A stretch of 64,000 nucleotides of DNA from an uncultured Bacteroidales bacterium (GCA_963733455.1 CAVTDE010000010.1:9024-73023); one strand, 5' to 3'. Positions 17,053 to 27,384 are shown, numbered from the stretch's first letter. Numbers and translations: made by a program. Notes: a model not told the origin generated them from the letters alone.

Positions 17053-18699
17053 ATGAAGAGGGTTATCTTATTACTTCTTGTTACCATTTATGTCAGTGAA
17101 TGCAGAAAATCTCCTGTCACCGGAGTGCCCGACCTTTTTGTCGATTCAATCTTCGTAAACAATGTTTTTGCCCCGAACAATGCGGTGTTGAAAAGCATTG
17201 ATTATAATGATGTTGTAATAACGATCAGACTGCAGGGAACAATTGATACTACCAGGTTCAATAAAGACAGAGTCCTTCTGACCGGTAATTCTGTTACCGG
17301 TTATTCATTTCATTTTAAGTCAGATCGCAATGAACTGTTAATTTTTCCCGAAACGCCACTGACACCTCTTTCTCTTTACCGGATAATTGTCAATGTCGGA
17401 AATAATCTGGGAGGGATATTTTATGAAAGTTATACCGCATCGTTCAGGACCAGTCTCGATTCAACGCCAAAATTTCCGTTAATCTCTGATGATTCACTTC
17501 TGACCCTCGTACAAAAGAAAACTTTCGGCTATTTCTGGGATTATGCCCATCCTGTATCCGGACTGGCACGTGAGCGTTACGGTTCGGGAGATATCGTGAC
17601 GTCCGGGGGAAGCGGATTTGGTCTGATGGCAATAATTACAGGGATTAAAAGAGGATTTATTTCACGTAACAATGCATTTGAGAGAATAAAAAAAATCGTA
17701 AATTTCTTATCTGATCCGGCAACTGACAGGTTCCATGGCGCCTATCCACACTGGTTGAATGGCGCTACAGGTAAAGTTGTCCCATTCAGCGCCAACGATA
17801 ATGGCGGCGATCTTGTTGAAACAGCATTTCTAATGGAAGGTCTGCTGACCGTACGTGCCTATTTTAAAGATGGAAACAGTGAAGAAAAGGTAATGTGTGA
17901 TTCGATTACAGAGATGTGGAAAGACGTCGACTGGAACTGGTACCGGCACGATAACCAGGATATCCTTTACTGGCATTGGTCACCAAACCTGGGATGGATA
18001 ATCAATATGGGAATAAGAGGCTGGAACGAGGCCCTTATGGTTTATGTACTGGCTGCTGCCTCTCCAACCCATTCCATACCGGCGTCCGTTTATAATAACG
18101 GATGGGCCCGTAACGGAGGATATCCGATGAGGAACAATAAGACTTTCTATGGCATCACTCTGCCTCTTGGAGAAGATTACGGCGGACCTCTCTTTTTTGC
18201 ACATTACTCGTTTCTGGGTCTCGATCCGCGTAACCTTACCGATCAATATGCATCCTACTGGACTCAGAATGTTGCACATACAAGGATTAATCATTCATAT
18301 TGCGCAGCCGACCCCAAAGGATATGCAGGTTATAGTGAAGATTGCTGGGGTCTGACAGCCAGCGATATTCAAAACGGTTACAGTGCCAGCTCGCCTGCTA
18401 ACGATCTCGGGGTCATTGCGCCCACAGCCGCATTGTCGAGCATGCCTTACACACCTGTCGAAAGTATGAATGCTCTGCATTTCTTTTACTATATTATAGG
18501 TGACAGGTTATGGGGTGATTTTGGATTTCATGATGCATTTAATCTGACATCAGGATGGTTCGCAAATTCGTATATCTCAATCGATCAGGGGCCAATTGTA
18601 TGCATGATTGAAAATTACAGATCGGGTTACCTCTGGACCCTTTTTATGTCGGATCAGGATGTACGTAACGGGCTCTCAAAACTTGGCTTTACATTTTAA
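17053..18699 (+). CDS. glucoamylase-like (alpha/alpha)6 family protein with N-terminal Ig-like domain; probable GH144 beta-1,2-glucanase family
   Basis: Paralogue of 18705..20081, sharing LLTLVQ..TF.YFWD.A.PVSG.ARER, TSGGSGFGLMAIITG, FHGA.PHW, YWHWSP, DQGP.V.MIENYR. Family assignment is from memory of 'glucoamylase family protein' annotations plus the GH3/SusCD context, and is not verified by search. Confidence 0.6.
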   Translation: MKRVILLLLVTIYVSECRKSPVTGVPDLFVDSIFVNNVFAPNNAVLKSIDYNDVVITIRLQGTIDTTRFNKDRVLLTGNSVTGYSFHFKSDRNELLIFPETPLTPLSLYRIIVNVGNNLGGIFYESYTASFRTSLDSTPKFPLISDDSLLTLVQKKTFGYFWDYAHPVSGLARERYGSGDIVTSGGSGFGLMAIITGIKRGFISRNNAFERIKKIVNFLSDPATDRFHGAYPHWLNGATGKVVPFSANDNGGDLVETAFLMEGLLTVRAYFKDGNSEEKVMCDSITEMWKDVDWNWYRHDNQDILYWHWSPNLGWIINMGIRGWNEALMVYVLAAASPTHSIPASVYNNGWARNGGYPMRNNKTFYGITLPLGEDYGGPLFFAHYSFLGLDPRNLTDQYASYWTQNVAHTRINHSYCAADPKGYAGYSEDCWGLTASDIQNGYSASSPANDLGVIAPTAALSSMPYTPVESMNALHFFYYIIGDRLWGDFGFHDAFNLTSGWFANSYISIDQGPIVCMIENYRSGYLWTLFMSDQDVRNGLSKLGFTF

Positions 18700-18704
18700 G
18701 GCAT

Positions 18705-20081
18705 ATGAAAAAAATTATATATCCGGTTGTTGTCTTTCTGATTACGGCAGGTTTGTCATGTCCGGCCGGTAAAACAGGTAAGCTTTTAAATAATAGTGAA
18801 AAGATTCCGGGTGACAGCTTAAGCGAAGATTCGCTTCTGACTCTCGTTCAATACCGGACATTTCAGTATTTCTGGGACGGGGCTGAACCTGTATCAGGGA
18901 TGGCACGGGAACGCTTTCATGTCGACGGCGTTTACCCTGAAAATGATATGAATGTGGTTACCTCGGGCGGATCAGGATTTGGGTTAATGGCAATTATTAC
19001 AGGGATCGACAGGGGATTTATTACAAGAGATGAAGGAGTGGTCAGATTAAGGAAAATTGTTGACTTCCTTGGAAAAGCTGACAGGTTTCATGGTGCCTGG
19101 CCGCACTGGATGTATGGTGAAACAGGCAAAGTAAAACCCTTTTCACCCAAAGACAATGGTGCAGACATTGTCGAAACCGCTTATCTGGTCCAGGGACTGA
19201 TCACTGTAATGGAATATTTCAGGAACGGCAGTGAGCCGGAGATAAAACTTTCGGATGATATAGAGAAGCTGTGGCATGAGGTTGAATGGAGCTGGTTCAC
19301 GAAAGGAGGGGAGCACGTAATTTACTGGCACTGGTCTCCCGATTTTGCCTGGGAGATGAACTTTCCGGTACAGGGATATAACGAATGTCTGATACTCTAT
19401 GTTCTGGCAGCTTCATCTCCGACCTACCCTGTTCCGCCTGAAGCCTATCATGAAGGATGGGCAAGGTCGGGCGGAATAGCCGGACAGGGCGGGAAATATG
19501 GGTATCAACTGGCTCTGAGGCACAATGGTGCAGAAGAATACGGAGGACCATTATTCTGGGCACACTATTCTTATCTTGGCCTCGATCCTGAAAACCTTAA
19601 AGATAAATATGCCGATTACTGGCAGGAAAACAGGAATCAGACCCTTATTAACTGGAAGTGGTGCTCCGAAAATCCAAATAAATTTAAAGGATATTCTGAT
19701 AAACGCTGGGGACTTACGGCGAGTTATTCCGTTAATGGCTATGCTGCTCACGCCCCGGGTGAAAAGAATGATCTTGGAGTTATTTCGCCGACTGCAGCTC
19801 TTTCTTCATTTCCTTACACTCCGGAACAATCGATGGCAGCCCTTAAAGACTTTTATTACAACCTTGGATCCGGAATATTTGGAAAATACGGATTTTACGA
19901 TGCTTTCAGCGAACAGTATAACTGGTTTCCTGAGCGATATCTCGCTATTGACCAGGGACCGGTGGTTGTTATGATAGAAAATTACCGCACTCATCTTTTA
20001 TGGGATCTGTTCATGAAATGCCGGGATGTAATGAGTGGACTTGACAAACTGGGATTTACTTATTCTCGGGCAGGAAATTAA
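18705..20081 (+). CDS. glucoamylase-like (alpha/alpha)6 family protein; probable GH144 family, second paralogue
   Basis: Same motif set as 17053..18699, with a lipoprotein-type signal (LITAGLSC) and no Ig-like N-domain. Confidence 0.6.
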   Translation: MKKIIYPVVVFLITAGLSCPAGKTGKLLNNSEKIPGDSLSEDSLLTLVQYRTFQYFWDGAEPVSGMARERFHVDGVYPENDMNVVTSGGSGFGLMAIITGIDRGFITRDEGVVRLRKIVDFLGKADRFHGAWPHWMYGETGKVKPFSPKDNGADIVETAYLVQGLITVMEYFRNGSEPEIKLSDDIEKLWHEVEWSWFTKGGEHVIYWHWSPDFAWEMNFPVQGYNECLILYVLAASSPTYPVPPEAYHEGWARSGGIAGQGGKYGYQLALRHNGAEEYGGPLFWAHYSYLGLDPENLKDKYADYWQENRNQTLINWKWCSENPNKFKGYSDKRWGLTASYSVNGYAAHAPGEKNDLGVISPTAALSSFPYTPEQSMAALKDFYYNLGSGIFGKYGFYDAFSEQYNWFPERYLAIDQGPVVVMIENYRTHLLWDLFMKCRDVMSGLDKLGFTYSRAGN

Positions 20082-20163
20082 TAAGAAGTTATAATTGACG
20101 TTGGAGAAATGGACACAGTTTTAACATCGGAATAGGAATAATCTAAATACTGACAATAAATAT

Positions 20164-22404
20164 ATGAAACAATTAAAAATTTTTCTGCTTGTTATTTCTG
20201 TTGCATTCCTTTTATCCTGCAAACAGGAAGTAAAATCCGGTACTGATCAGAAAATGGATGTTTTTGTGGCGGATCTGATTAAAAAGATGACCCTTGAAGA
20301 AAAAGTAGGACAACTTTCATTGTTCACGAGCGACTGGTCATCAACCGGCCCTTCGATCCGGAACGATTATACCGATCTTATAAAACAGGGTAAGGCCGGC
20401 GCCATCTTCAATGCATATACTGTTGATTTTGTGAAGAGTCTTCAGAAGACCGCTGTCGAAGAGACCAGGCTCCATATTCCGCTGATATTCGGTTTTGACG
20501 TTATTCACGGACACAGGACCATATTCCCGGTTCCGCTTGGCACGGCCTCTACGTGGGATACCGCCATGATCCGGAAGGCAGAACGCATAGCCGCTATTGA
20601 GGCCACTGCCGAAGGACTTAACTGGACCTTTGCCCCGATGGTTGACATTGCGCGCGATCCAAGATGGGGGAGGGTAACGGAAGGAGGCGGTGAGGATACA
20701 TGGCTTGGAAGCCTTATCTCAGCCGCAAGAGTCAGGGGATTCCAGGGAGCCTCACTCTCCGACAGTACCTCTGTTCTGGCATGTGTCAAGCATTTTGCAG
20801 CTTATGGCGCGCCACAGGGTGGCCGTGATTATAATACTGTGGATATGTCACAACGATCGCTTTATGAATGGTATCTTCCCGTCTACAAAGCTGCAGTAGA
20901 TGCCGGGGTGGCATCAGTCATGACTTCATTCAATGAAATAGCCGGGGTTCCGTCCACCTCCAACAAATGGCTCCTTACCGACCTGCTCCGCAGGGAGTGG
21001 AAATTTGGAGGTTTTGTTGTAACTGATTATGGATCAATAAATGAGCTTATACCTCACGGAGTTGCAGAAAATCAGGAGAAGGCTGCTGAACTTTCGATAA
21101 ATGCAGGTGTCGACATGGATATGCAGGGAAGCGCCTTCCTGAACCATCTTCCCGCCCTTGTCAAAGCGCAAAGGGTAAGTGAGGAAACGATCAACACGGC
21201 TGTCAGGAGGATCCTCGAAGCAAAATATAAGCTCGGACTTTTTGATGATCCTTATAAGCGCTGCGATAAGAAACGTGAGGCTGAGCAGATTATGCGTCCG
21301 GAGTTCCTTGCTTTTGCCCGGGAAGTTGCCGCGAAGTCGTGCGTCCTCCTGAAAAATGAGAACAAAACTCTTCCTGTCGGAAAATCTGTCAGAACTATTG
21401 CGGTTATTGGTCCCTTATCCGATTCAAAAGCTGACATGCTTGGATCGTGGTCCGCAGCAGGCCAGGCCGAGAAATGCGTTACCCTGCTTGAAGGTATAAA
21501 AAGCAAGGTTGGTAGTTCTGTTAATATTTTAACAGAAAAAGGCTGCAATATAAATGACGACAATACAACCGGCATCGAAAAAGCAGTGGCAGCTGCCCGG
21601 CGTTCTGATTTCGTAATTCTTGCTCTTGGAGAGAGCAGCAATATGAGCGGTGAGGCAGCAAGCCGCTCCGATATCTCCCTGCCTGGCGTTCAGATGACCC
21701 TGGCCGAGGCGGTGATAAAGACCGGAAAGCAGGTGGCAGTAGTTTTATTCAATGGTCGTCCGCTCGCAATACCCGTACTCGATAAAATTGCACCGGCTAT
21801 CCTGGAAACATGGTTTGGAGGCACTGAAGCCGGAAACGGGATAGCCGATGTCCTGTTTGGCGATGTAAATCCTTCCGGTAAGCTCACAATGACCTTTCCG
21901 TTAAATGCAGGTCAGATACCTGTGTTTTACAATCATAAAAATACGGGGAGGCCGATCAGTCCCGAAAATCCATATGAAAAGTACAAATCCAATTATCTCG
22001 ATACACCCAATACGCCCCTGTACCCATTTGGTTACGGATTAAGCTATACCACATTTAAGTATTCTGAAATTAAGCTGAATAAGGAATCCTTCCGGAAAGA
22101 TGAGAACATAGTTGTTTCGGTCGATATCACAAATACCGGGGAATATGACGGTGAAGAAATTGTGCAATTATATATACATGATGTGGTGGGGGATGTCACA
22201 CGTCCTGTAAAAGAACTTAAGGGCTTTAAGAAAGTCCTGATTAAAAAAAGTCAGACAATTACTGTAGCCTTTACTATTTCTCCTTCTGAACTCTCCTATT
22301 ACCACCAGGACATGAGCTATAGATTTGATCCCGGCGACTTCGAACTCTTTATCGGAACAAGTTCTGAGAATACAAATAAGGCAACGTTTGCGATAATTCA
22401 ATAG
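20164..22404 (+). CDS. bglX: glycoside hydrolase family 3 beta-glucosidase (BglX-like)
   Basis: 746 aa. GH3 motifs: KHFAAYG and GFVVTDYG (nucleophile Asp region). C-terminal GH3 domain and FnIII-like tail (EIVQLYIHD...RPVKELKGFKKV). Confidence 0.9.
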   Translation: MKQLKIFLLVISVAFLLSCKQEVKSGTDQKMDVFVADLIKKMTLEEKVGQLSLFTSDWSSTGPSIRNDYTDLIKQGKAGAIFNAYTVDFVKSLQKTAVEETRLHIPLIFGFDVIHGHRTIFPVPLGTASTWDTAMIRKAERIAAIEATAEGLNWTFAPMVDIARDPRWGRVTEGGGEDTWLGSLISAARVRGFQGASLSDSTSVLACVKHFAAYGAPQGGRDYNTVDMSQRSLYEWYLPVYKAAVDAGVASVMTSFNEIAGVPSTSNKWLLTDLLRREWKFGGFVVTDYGSINELIPHGVAENQEKAAELSINAGVDMDMQGSAFLNHLPALVKAQRVSEETINTAVRRILEAKYKLGLFDDPYKRCDKKREAEQIMRPEFLAFAREVAAKSCVLLKNENKTLPVGKSVRTIAVIGPLSDSKADMLGSWSAAGQAEKCVTLLEGIKSKVGSSVNILTEKGCNINDDNTTGIEKAVAAARRSDFVILALGESSNMSGEAASRSDISLPGVQMTLAEAVIKTGKQVAVVLFNGRPLAIPVLDKIAPAILETWFGGTEAGNGIADVLFGDVNPSGKLTMTFPLNAGQIPVFYNHKNTGRPISPENPYEKYKSNYLDTPNTPLYPFGYGLSYTTFKYSEIKLNKESFRKDENIVVSVDITNTGEYDGEEIVQLYIHDVVGDVTRPVKELKGFKKVLIKKSQTITVAFTISPSELSYYHQDMSYRFDPGDFELFIGTSSENTNKATFAIIQ

Positions 22405-22633
22405 GTGGAATTAAGAGATGAAAGTCCATCCTTTGAATTTTCAGATGGTTACCGGAATATTCAGTGGCGCAGATTTGTTTAAGGAATTTGTTAAAATTAA
22501 TTAAATTATTTTTTAATTTTATCTAATTATATTCTGAAAATAGTTTATCTTCGCACGGATTTTTTCAAAGTGAAACGGTTAAAATTTATATAATCGGAAA
22601 TTTAACAAATCAAAGTATTTAAAAAGGAAAAAA

Positions 22634-23230
22634 ATGAAGAACAAAATCTTAATGGGATTAGCAGCTGTTGCAATGGTTGCAGTCCTTTCAAGTTGCGGAA
22701 AAAAACCTCAGGCTGAAATCGACGCCGCCAATGCTGCTATCGAAGCTGCTAAAACCGCTGAAGCCCCTGTTTATTTATCAGCTGAATTTACAGCATTACA
22801 GGATTCACTGAATACTGTTATGGCTGCAATTACTGCTAAGGAATCAAAATTATTCAAGAATTTTGGTGCTGAAAAAACAAAATTAGCCTCTGTTGTTACC
22901 CTTGCAAATCAGGTTACTGCCAATGCTGCTACCAGGAAAGAAGAAGTTAAAGCTGAAGTTGCTAACATGTTGACAGCTATCAAAACTGTTATTGAAGAGA
23001 ACGGCAAGCTGATCCCGAAACTTCCGAGAGGAAAAGAAGGCGCTGCTGTTATTGAACAGATCAAGGCTGACCTTGCAACTGTTGATGCATCAGTTGTTGA
23101 AGCTCAGGGTCTGTTTGACAAAGGCTCATACATGGATGCAATGAACAAAATCAAAGCTGCAAAAGAAAAAGCTGATAGCCTTAATGCAGAAGTTAAAGAA
23201 GTCCTGACCAAAGCAAAAATTAAGTTTTAA
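22634..23230 (+). CDS. Ala/Lys/Glu-rich alpha-helical lipoprotein, function unknown
   Basis: Lipoprotein signal MVAVLSSCGKK. Low-complexity helical sequence, followed by a terminator-like hairpin. Confidence 0.5.
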   Translation: MKNKILMGLAAVAMVAVLSSCGKKPQAEIDAANAAIEAAKTAEAPVYLSAEFTALQDSLNTVMAAITAKESKLFKNFGAEKTKLASVVTLANQVTANAATRKEEVKAEVANMLTAIKTVIEENGKLIPKLPRGKEGAAVIEQIKADLATVDASVVEAQGLFDKGSYMDAMNKIKAAKEKADSLNAEVKEVLTKAKIKF

Positions 23231-23257
23231 TTCTGCTGACGTGTTAAAATATAAAGA

Positions 23258-23288
23258 ATCCCGGTGGTTTCCTCCGGGGTTTTTTTTA
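23258..23288 (+). terminator. candidate rho-independent terminator
   Basis: cccgg(tggtttcct)ccggg followed by an 8-nt T-run. It lies inside the 5' extension of track ORF 23241.., which argues for the ATG at 23298 as the true start. Confidence 0.45.
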
Positions 23289-23297
23289 AGATTGAGA

Positions 23298-24416
23298 ATG
23301 AAGAGACTTAAGAAAGTATGGAAATATACCTTCGCCGGGATTTTATTTATGGTTTTAGTCCCTTTGATTATTTTGGTTTTAACACGATTGGTTCCCAAAC
23401 CACCGGTTAACGAAGTTGAATATGCAAGGCTGACCCTTTCACAGGCAGCATCAACCAATGCAGCAACCTATTCGAAGAGGTTGTATAATGAAGCCAGGGC
23501 GTTATACGATTCTGCAATGACGAACTGGCAAAGGGAGAACGGAAGATTTCTATATTTCAGGGACTATAGCAAAGTAGCCACATTCGCAAAGCTTTCTGAA
23601 AAAAAAGCAGAGCAAGCCATGGAGTTTTCCAAAAGCAACGCTTCTTCCCTGAAAGTTAATATAAGGCAAAAAATAGATTCATTGCATAATATTGCCAGCC
23701 AGATCAATAAGATATTCAACGCATATCCGTTATCATCCGACCTCTGGAACAGGATTTCAAAAGGCCAGCTGCTGCTCAGGGAAGCAGAGATAGCATATAA
23801 TAAGGAACAATATATTCAGGCAAATAAGAAGATAACCGATTCTGAATACCTTCTTGCCGTTGCTTACGAAAAAGCTACGGAACATCTGAAAGAATATTTC
23901 AGTGCATACCCTGTCTGGCAGAATTGGGTTAAAAAAACAATTAAAGAATCGAAGGACAATCAAAGCTGCTCAATTATAATCGATAAATACTCAAGAAAAT
24001 GTATCGTTTATGTGAGCGGTGTCAGGAAATACGAATACAGGGTTGAACTTGGCAAAAACTGGGCTGGTGACAAGAGAGTTAAGGGGGATAAGGCAACTCC
24101 TGAAGGAATGTACAGGATCACAAAAAAATTTGGAAGCAATAAGACAAAATACCATAAAGCTTTGTTGATAGATTATCCCAATGATGCTGACAGAGCCGAA
24201 TTTAAAAAAGAAGTTGCGAGGGGTACTTTGCCAAATTCCGCAAAGATCGGCAGCCTTATCGAAATACACGGAAATGGCGGCAAAGGAGTTGACTGGACCG
24301 AAGGCTGTGTTGCACTGGCTGATTCTGAAATTGATGTGCTTTATAAAATGGCAAAAGAGGGGACACCTGTGACAATTGTCGGTTCACTGGTCGATGTCAG
24401 GGAAGTTCTTGATTGA
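23298..24416 (+). CDS. L,D-transpeptidase (YkuD) domain protein with helical N-terminal region
   Basis: C-terminal YkuD active-site block IEIHGNGGKGVDWTEGCVALADSEIDVLY (His ... Gly-Cys). N-terminal TM. Confidence 0.8.
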   Translation: MKRLKKVWKYTFAGILFMVLVPLIILVLTRLVPKPPVNEVEYARLTLSQAASTNAATYSKRLYNEARALYDSAMTNWQRENGRFLYFRDYSKVATFAKLSEKKAEQAMEFSKSNASSLKVNIRQKIDSLHNIASQINKIFNAYPLSSDLWNRISKGQLLLREAEIAYNKEQYIQANKKITDSEYLLAVAYEKATEHLKEYFSAYPVWQNWVKKTIKESKDNQSCSIIIDKYSRKCIVYVSGVRKYEYRVELGKNWAGDKRVKGDKATPEGMYRITKKFGSNKTKYHKALLIDYPNDADRAEFKKEVARGTLPNSAKIGSLIEIHGNGGKGVDWTEGCVALADSEIDVLYKMAKEGTPVTIVGSLVDVREVLD

Positions 24417-24429
24417 AAAAATTTATTAT

Positions 24430-25134
24430 ATGAGTAACGAAGAGATTAAAAACATCAGACTTGCCAACGCTCTGCGGATTGCGCTTTGGACAACCGGGAC
24501 AATTGCGGCTGTGCTGATAGTTTTCGTGTTTTTTGTTAGCATGGTTCCGGGATTACAGGAGATGTCGTCAGGAGAGAAAGCAAAGCTTACATCTGACCAG
24601 GAGCTGGTTAAGAATAAAGACTATAAAAAACAGTTGGCACTTTTGCAAAAGGACGTACAAAAGCTTTCAAAAAAATATAATTCCTATACGTCGGGTCTGT
24701 CATATGTAATAATCAACACTACCGATAACAGGTTTTTCCTGTACCAGAGTAAAAAGCTGATAAGAGAAGGATTTTGCAGCTCAGGCAGTTATACAATGTT
24801 AAAGACCCAGGGTGAAAAGAAATGGATCTTTAAAACACCTAAGGGAAAATACTGGATCCAGGGAAAAATCACTTCCCCTGTCTGGAGAAGACCTGACTGG
24901 GCATTTGTTGAGGAAGGATTGCCTATACCTTCAAAGGACGATCCTTCGAGGTGGGAATACGGAGTACTTGGGGATTACGCCCTCAGCATAGGCGATGGTT
25001 ATCTGATCCACGGAACCCTCTATAAGAGGTTTCTCGGAATGCCGGTAACTCATGGTTGTGTCAGGCTTAATGATGAGGACCTTAAAGCAATTTATAATAC
25101 ATTAAGTATCGGATCGAAAGTTTATATTTTCTGA
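24430..25134 (+). CDS. L,D-transpeptidase (YkuD) domain protein
   Basis: YLIHGT....THGCVRLNDEDLKAIY active-site block. N-terminal TM. The ATG at 24430 is preferred to the overlapping alternative start at 24376. Confidence 0.8.
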   Translation: MSNEEIKNIRLANALRIALWTTGTIAAVLIVFVFFVSMVPGLQEMSSGEKAKLTSDQELVKNKDYKKQLALLQKDVQKLSKKYNSYTSGLSYVIINTTDNRFFLYQSKKLIREGFCSSGSYTMLKTQGEKKWIFKTPKGKYWIQGKITSPVWRRPDWAFVEEGLPIPSKDDPSRWEYGVLGDYALSIGDGYLIHGTLYKRFLGMPVTHGCVRLNDEDLKAIYNTLSIGSKVYIF

Positions 25135-25156
25135 TCATTAAGAAATTACATTTTAA

Positions 25157-25957
25157 ATGGATACCGAACCAAAAAAAGAACTTTCCGGAAATAAGACTGC
25201 CTTGATAGTTTGTGCTGCTGTTGTTATCGCCTTTATGGTATATTTCGGCATCATGTCGGTTATAGCGCCGGGTAAGGAACTGTCCGTGCTTAAGGCCAGG
25301 TACGGCATTAAATCTTCCGAAGAAAATAAATTGAATGAAGACCTGTTCACAGATTCAGCATATGTGAGTCTGCTGAAGGACAAGGTTTTCCTGCAGTCGA
25401 AAGTTGCCATGGCCGAAACTGATTCGATCTCGCTGGCACTGAATCTGGCCGACAGTTCTGTCAGTCTTGAAATAAGCGGAGTAAACGTTCATATGGCAAA
25501 GATCAGGAAACTTAAGATCAGCAAAATCCTCTACTCAGGAGAGCCCGGATTAATTACATCGATGCTGGCAACTCCCCTTAATATTGTAATGGACTATGCT
25601 ACAATACGAAAAGAACCGCTGATGATAAAAATGGCTCCGAAGGACACTTCCGAATACAAGCCTGATATCATTCCCGATACATCCGATTATGAACCGGTTA
25701 ACTATATCCTTGAAACCGACAGCGGGTTAAGGGTCTATATATTTCAGGACGAGGAAAACACTCCCCTGGAAAGGAAAAACCGGTTCTTCTTTGACCTTAA
25801 TTACAGGCTGAGGAATCTCAAGAGCTCATTAAAGAGCGTTGTGAGCTTTAAAGTACCTGAATATCATCCATATATAAAGATATGGCTTCCAAAAACCGAT
25901 GCCAAAATTGTCTACAGGGCTATGCCGAGGTACGGACAGATTGCGGTGTACCTGTAA
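25157..25957 (+). CDS. hypothetical membrane-anchored protein
   Basis: Single N-terminal TM (ALIVCAAVVIAFMVYFGIMSVIA). Same strand and tight spacing with the two YkuD genes. No catalytic motif seen. Confidence 0.45.
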   Translation: MDTEPKKELSGNKTALIVCAAVVIAFMVYFGIMSVIAPGKELSVLKARYGIKSSEENKLNEDLFTDSAYVSLLKDKVFLQSKVAMAETDSISLALNLADSSVSLEISGVNVHMAKIRKLKISKILYSGEPGLITSMLATPLNIVMDYATIRKEPLMIKMAPKDTSEYKPDIIPDTSDYEPVNYILETDSGLRVYIFQDEENTPLERKNRFFFDLNYRLRNLKSSLKSVVSFKVPEYHPYIKIWLPKTDAKIVYRAMPRYGQIAVYL

Positions 25958-26035
25958 CATCTTTTTCAGAATATCATTCTTTTGAATCAAAAAATAGTGT
26001 AGGTTTGAATCGACTCTAAACTAATTCATAGTTGC

Positions 26036-27313
26036 ATGGGACGGTTTACCGGAATAATCGGAATTTTAGTAATCCTGGGTCTTGCTTTTTTATGGTCGAA
26101 TAACAGGAAAGCTATAAACTACAGACTTGTCTTTACAGGACTTGGACTCCAGCTTGTTCTTGCAATATTCATTCTCAAGGTTCCCATCGGACAGGATATT
26201 TTTTACTGGCTGGGTAAGGCAATAAACAAATTACTCGATTTTTCGAAGGAGGGCGGGTTGTTTGTTTTTGGTGACCTTACAAGGATCTCCGAAATTCTTC
26301 CTGCCCGGATTGTCAGCACAGGCGTCTTCCTGTTCATACTTCTTCCAACAATAATATTTGTTTGCGTACTGGTGGCCATGGCATATCACGTGGGCCTTAT
26401 GCAAAGGATTGTTGCCGTTCTTGCACGATTTGTACACTGGGCTATGAGAGTAAGCGGGAGCGAGGCGCTTTCGAACGTTGCCAGCGCCTTTGTCGGCCAG
26501 GTGGAAGCACAGATCATGATACGCCCTTATCTTTCAGGAATGACAATGTCGGAGCTGCTTGCTTCCATGACAGGCAGCATGGCGTGTATTGCCGGCGGTG
26601 TGATGGCTGTTTATATTTCAATGGGGGTGCCGGCATCCTATCTTCTTGCTGCCAGTCTCATGGCAGCACCGGGTGCACTGGTCATCTCAAAAATTGTATT
26701 TCCTGAAACACAGGAATCAGAAACCAAGGGTAAGGTAAAGCTTGAAGTGAAGAGCGAGCATGTAAATATTATGGACGCAATTTCGCATGGAGCTTCCGAT
26801 GGAATGAAAATTTCGATCAACGTCATTGCGATGCTTATAGGGGTTATTGCGCTGGTGGCACTTATTGACGCACTTCTTGGTTATTTCGGACATTTCCTTT
26901 CATGGACAGGGGTATCACTCGATTTTATCGGGATGAATGTTGATAACCTGCGGCTTAAAGATGTTTTCGGAGCTTTCTTTTCATTATTTGCAATAGTGAT
27001 GGGTGTTACCCCTTCGGAATCGTTTACAGTCGGATCACTCATGGGTACTAAAATGGTTATTAATGAGTTCGTTGCATATAGTGACCTGTCACCGATGATT
27101 CACCAGGGTTTACTGAGTGCCAAGTCGGTTGTAATAGCAAGCTTTGCACTCTGTGGTTTTGCAAATTTCAGCTCAATTGCCATCCAGCTCGGTGGAATAG
27201 GAACAATGGTCCCAAACAGAAAAGCTGATCTTGCCCGTCTTGGATTCAAAGCCATGCTTTGCGGAACAATGGCTTCCTATATCTCAGCTTCATTGGCGGG
27301 GATATTGCTCTGA
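26036..27313 (+). CDS. nupC: NupC/NupG-type concentrative nucleoside transporter
   Basis: 425 aa polytopic. The CNT-family layout is recognisable (N-terminal Gate domain, central SEALSNVASAFVGQVEAQIMIRPYL, C-terminal NEFVAY). Confidence 0.8.
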   Translation: MGRFTGIIGILVILGLAFLWSNNRKAINYRLVFTGLGLQLVLAIFILKVPIGQDIFYWLGKAINKLLDFSKEGGLFVFGDLTRISEILPARIVSTGVFLFILLPTIIFVCVLVAMAYHVGLMQRIVAVLARFVHWAMRVSGSEALSNVASAFVGQVEAQIMIRPYLSGMTMSELLASMTGSMACIAGGVMAVYISMGVPASYLLAASLMAAPGALVISKIVFPETQESETKGKVKLEVKSEHVNIMDAISHGASDGMKISINVIAMLIGVIALVALIDALLGYFGHFLSWTGVSLDFIGMNVDNLRLKDVFGAFFSLFAIVMGVTPSESFTVGSLMGTKMVINEFVAYSDLSPMIHQGLLSAKSVVIASFALCGFANFSSIAIQLGGIGTMVPNRKADLARLGFKAMLCGTMASYISASLAGILL

Positions 27314-27384
27314 AAGATTAGCCTCTGAGGGCTTCTCCCGAAAGATCGGGACAAGTTGTGTAAGTTCTTAATTAACAGTGTTAA

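Noticed and set aside
11522-22401. Numerous nested or antisense track ORFs inside susC, susD, the glucoamylase-like genes and GH3, for example 15465..15860, 19525..19974, 21252..21641; the same applies elsewhere in the window
   Set aside because: All lie within longer ORFs that have clear family signatures and have no signature of their own.
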